Positions 63,112-64,000 of a DNA stretch of 64,000 nt are shown in pieces. The stretch covers positions 576,001-640,000 of the forward strand of contig CBDHDG010000004.1 in NCBI GenBank assembly GCA_965261595.1, read 5' to 3'. The notes beneath the pieces were generated by a model. It made no database searches. It saw nothing but the letters and a program-made list of their open reading frames with translations, and was not told the DNA's origin. The position numbers were made by a program, and so were the translations under genes. The stretch is from a bacterium (GTDB taxonomy: Bacteria; UBA8248; JACPRG01; G963555815). Each line of letters opens with the position of its first letter. Position 1 is the stretch's first letter.

Positions 63112-64000
63112 ATGACGATGCCGGTCCGATTCCTGCTGACCTTCGTTCCCATCTGCGCGGGCGGTCTCTACCTGCTCACCCACCCATCGGGCAACGTTCC
63201 CATCACGTTGTTTCCCGGCCTCCAGGCGCCCCTGGCCCTGGTCGTTCTATGCTCCGCGTTGATCGGCGCCTTGGGAGCGGGAATCAGCGACGTGCCTTCC
63301 CGCCTCGCGAACCACTGGCGGAAAACGCGCACGCTCCGCGACGCCCGGAAACGCCAAGAGGCCGAGACCCTGTACCAGGCCGGCCTCACGGCCCTTTCCT
63401 CGGGCGACGACCCGCTTGCCCGCCGCTCCCTGCGCCAGGCCCTGCGAAAAAATCCCGGCCACCACGCCGCCCTGCTCGAATCCGGAAACCTTCAGCGCCG
63501 CCTTGGAAACCTGGAGGCCGCCTTTGACTTCCACCGCAAGGCCGTCCAGACCGGGAGCAACGACCTCCGATTGATCGAAAGCCTGGCGGACGACTTCTCC
63601 GCCGCCGGACGCCCGGACGCGTTGCGGGCGCTCGTGGAACGGGTCCGGCACGCCGGCGGCGCGGAGTCCATCCCCCTGGCGCACCTCCGGGACCTCTACG
63701 TCTCCAAGGGGGAATGGGAGACCGCGGTCAGGCTCCAGAATCAGCTCATGCGCCTGCCCGGAGGGGACCGGGACGGGGACGCCCGGATGCTCCTCGCCAA
63801 CCTGCTCTACGAAACCGGGTCGGGAAACGTGCGGAGCGGCAGGGCCGAAATGGGCGTCAACCAATTCAAAAAAGCCATCCGGACCCATGGCGACTGCGTT
63901 CCGCCGCGTGTGGCGATGGGGGACGCCCACCACCGCTCGGGAGAGCGGGACAAGGCGCTCCGCGTTTGGCGCGAGGGTTACGAACAGACACGCGCGCCGA
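63112..64000 (+). CDS. Membrane-anchored TPR protein (LapA/LapB-like), 3'-partial
   Basis: Open frame from ATG 63112 to the window end, with two hydrophobic segments then TPR-like helices. It is absent from the ORF track because it runs off the edge. Confidence 0.7.
   Translation, partial: MTMPVRFLLTFVPICAGGLYLLTHPSGNVPITLFPGLQAPLALVVLCSALIGALGAGISDVPSRLANHWRKTRTLRDARKRQEAETLYQAGLTALSSGDDPLARRSLRQALRKNPGHHAALLESGNLQRRLGNLEAAFDFHRKAVQTGSNDLRLIESLADDFSAAGRPDALRALVERVRHAGGAESIPLAHLRDLYVSKGEWETAVRLQNQLMRLPGGDRDGDARMLLANLLYETGSGNVRSGRAEMGVNQFKKAIRTHGDCVPPRVAMGDAHHRSGERDKALRVWREGYEQTRAP

Noticed and set aside
1..64000. CRISPR array, cas genes, rRNA, reverse transcriptase
   Set aside because: No regularly spaced repeat-spacer array and no recognisable motifs were seen.

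Overview
This is a GC-rich bacterial chromosome segment; the taxon cannot be determined from the sequence alone. Six regions: (1) 1-9.3 kb, an IS-scarred catabolic cluster (SDR, ferritin-like diiron protein, a hidden 57-aa gene split by an IS, NMT1-type binding protein, amidohydrolase, DUF1989, cysteine hydrolase). (2) 9.3-16.2 kb, mobile-element debris (REP pair, IS3 copies, phage-like fragments, a tRNA-3'-end att core next to a truncated integrase). (3) 16.3-30.7 kb, a divergent electron-transfer cluster: deca-, tetra- and pentaheme cytochromes, a membrane protein, a 2x cNMP-binding/4Fe-4S fusion, a FAD/2Fe-2S reductase and a probable outer-membrane barrel. It appears to be decaying and is interrupted by a transposase-less cassette (23-bp IRs, 8-bp TSD) carrying a surface lipoprotein. 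(4) 30.8-40.3 kb, truncated globin, msrA and a Rid-rich Rieske/cyclase/MBL catabolic cluster. (5) 40.3-53.3 kb, a decayed island beside tRNA-Gly/tRNA-Cys (IS256, RIT remnant, SRAP, nuclease, Mrr-like and RES putative defence genes, IS1182, integrase fragments). (6) 53.6-64 kb, core genes, a higBA-type TA pair and rplU-rpmA-obgE-proB-nadD-rsfS-dksA-like. No CRISPR array or rRNA was seen. Protein family calls come from motif recognition by eye, not database searches.
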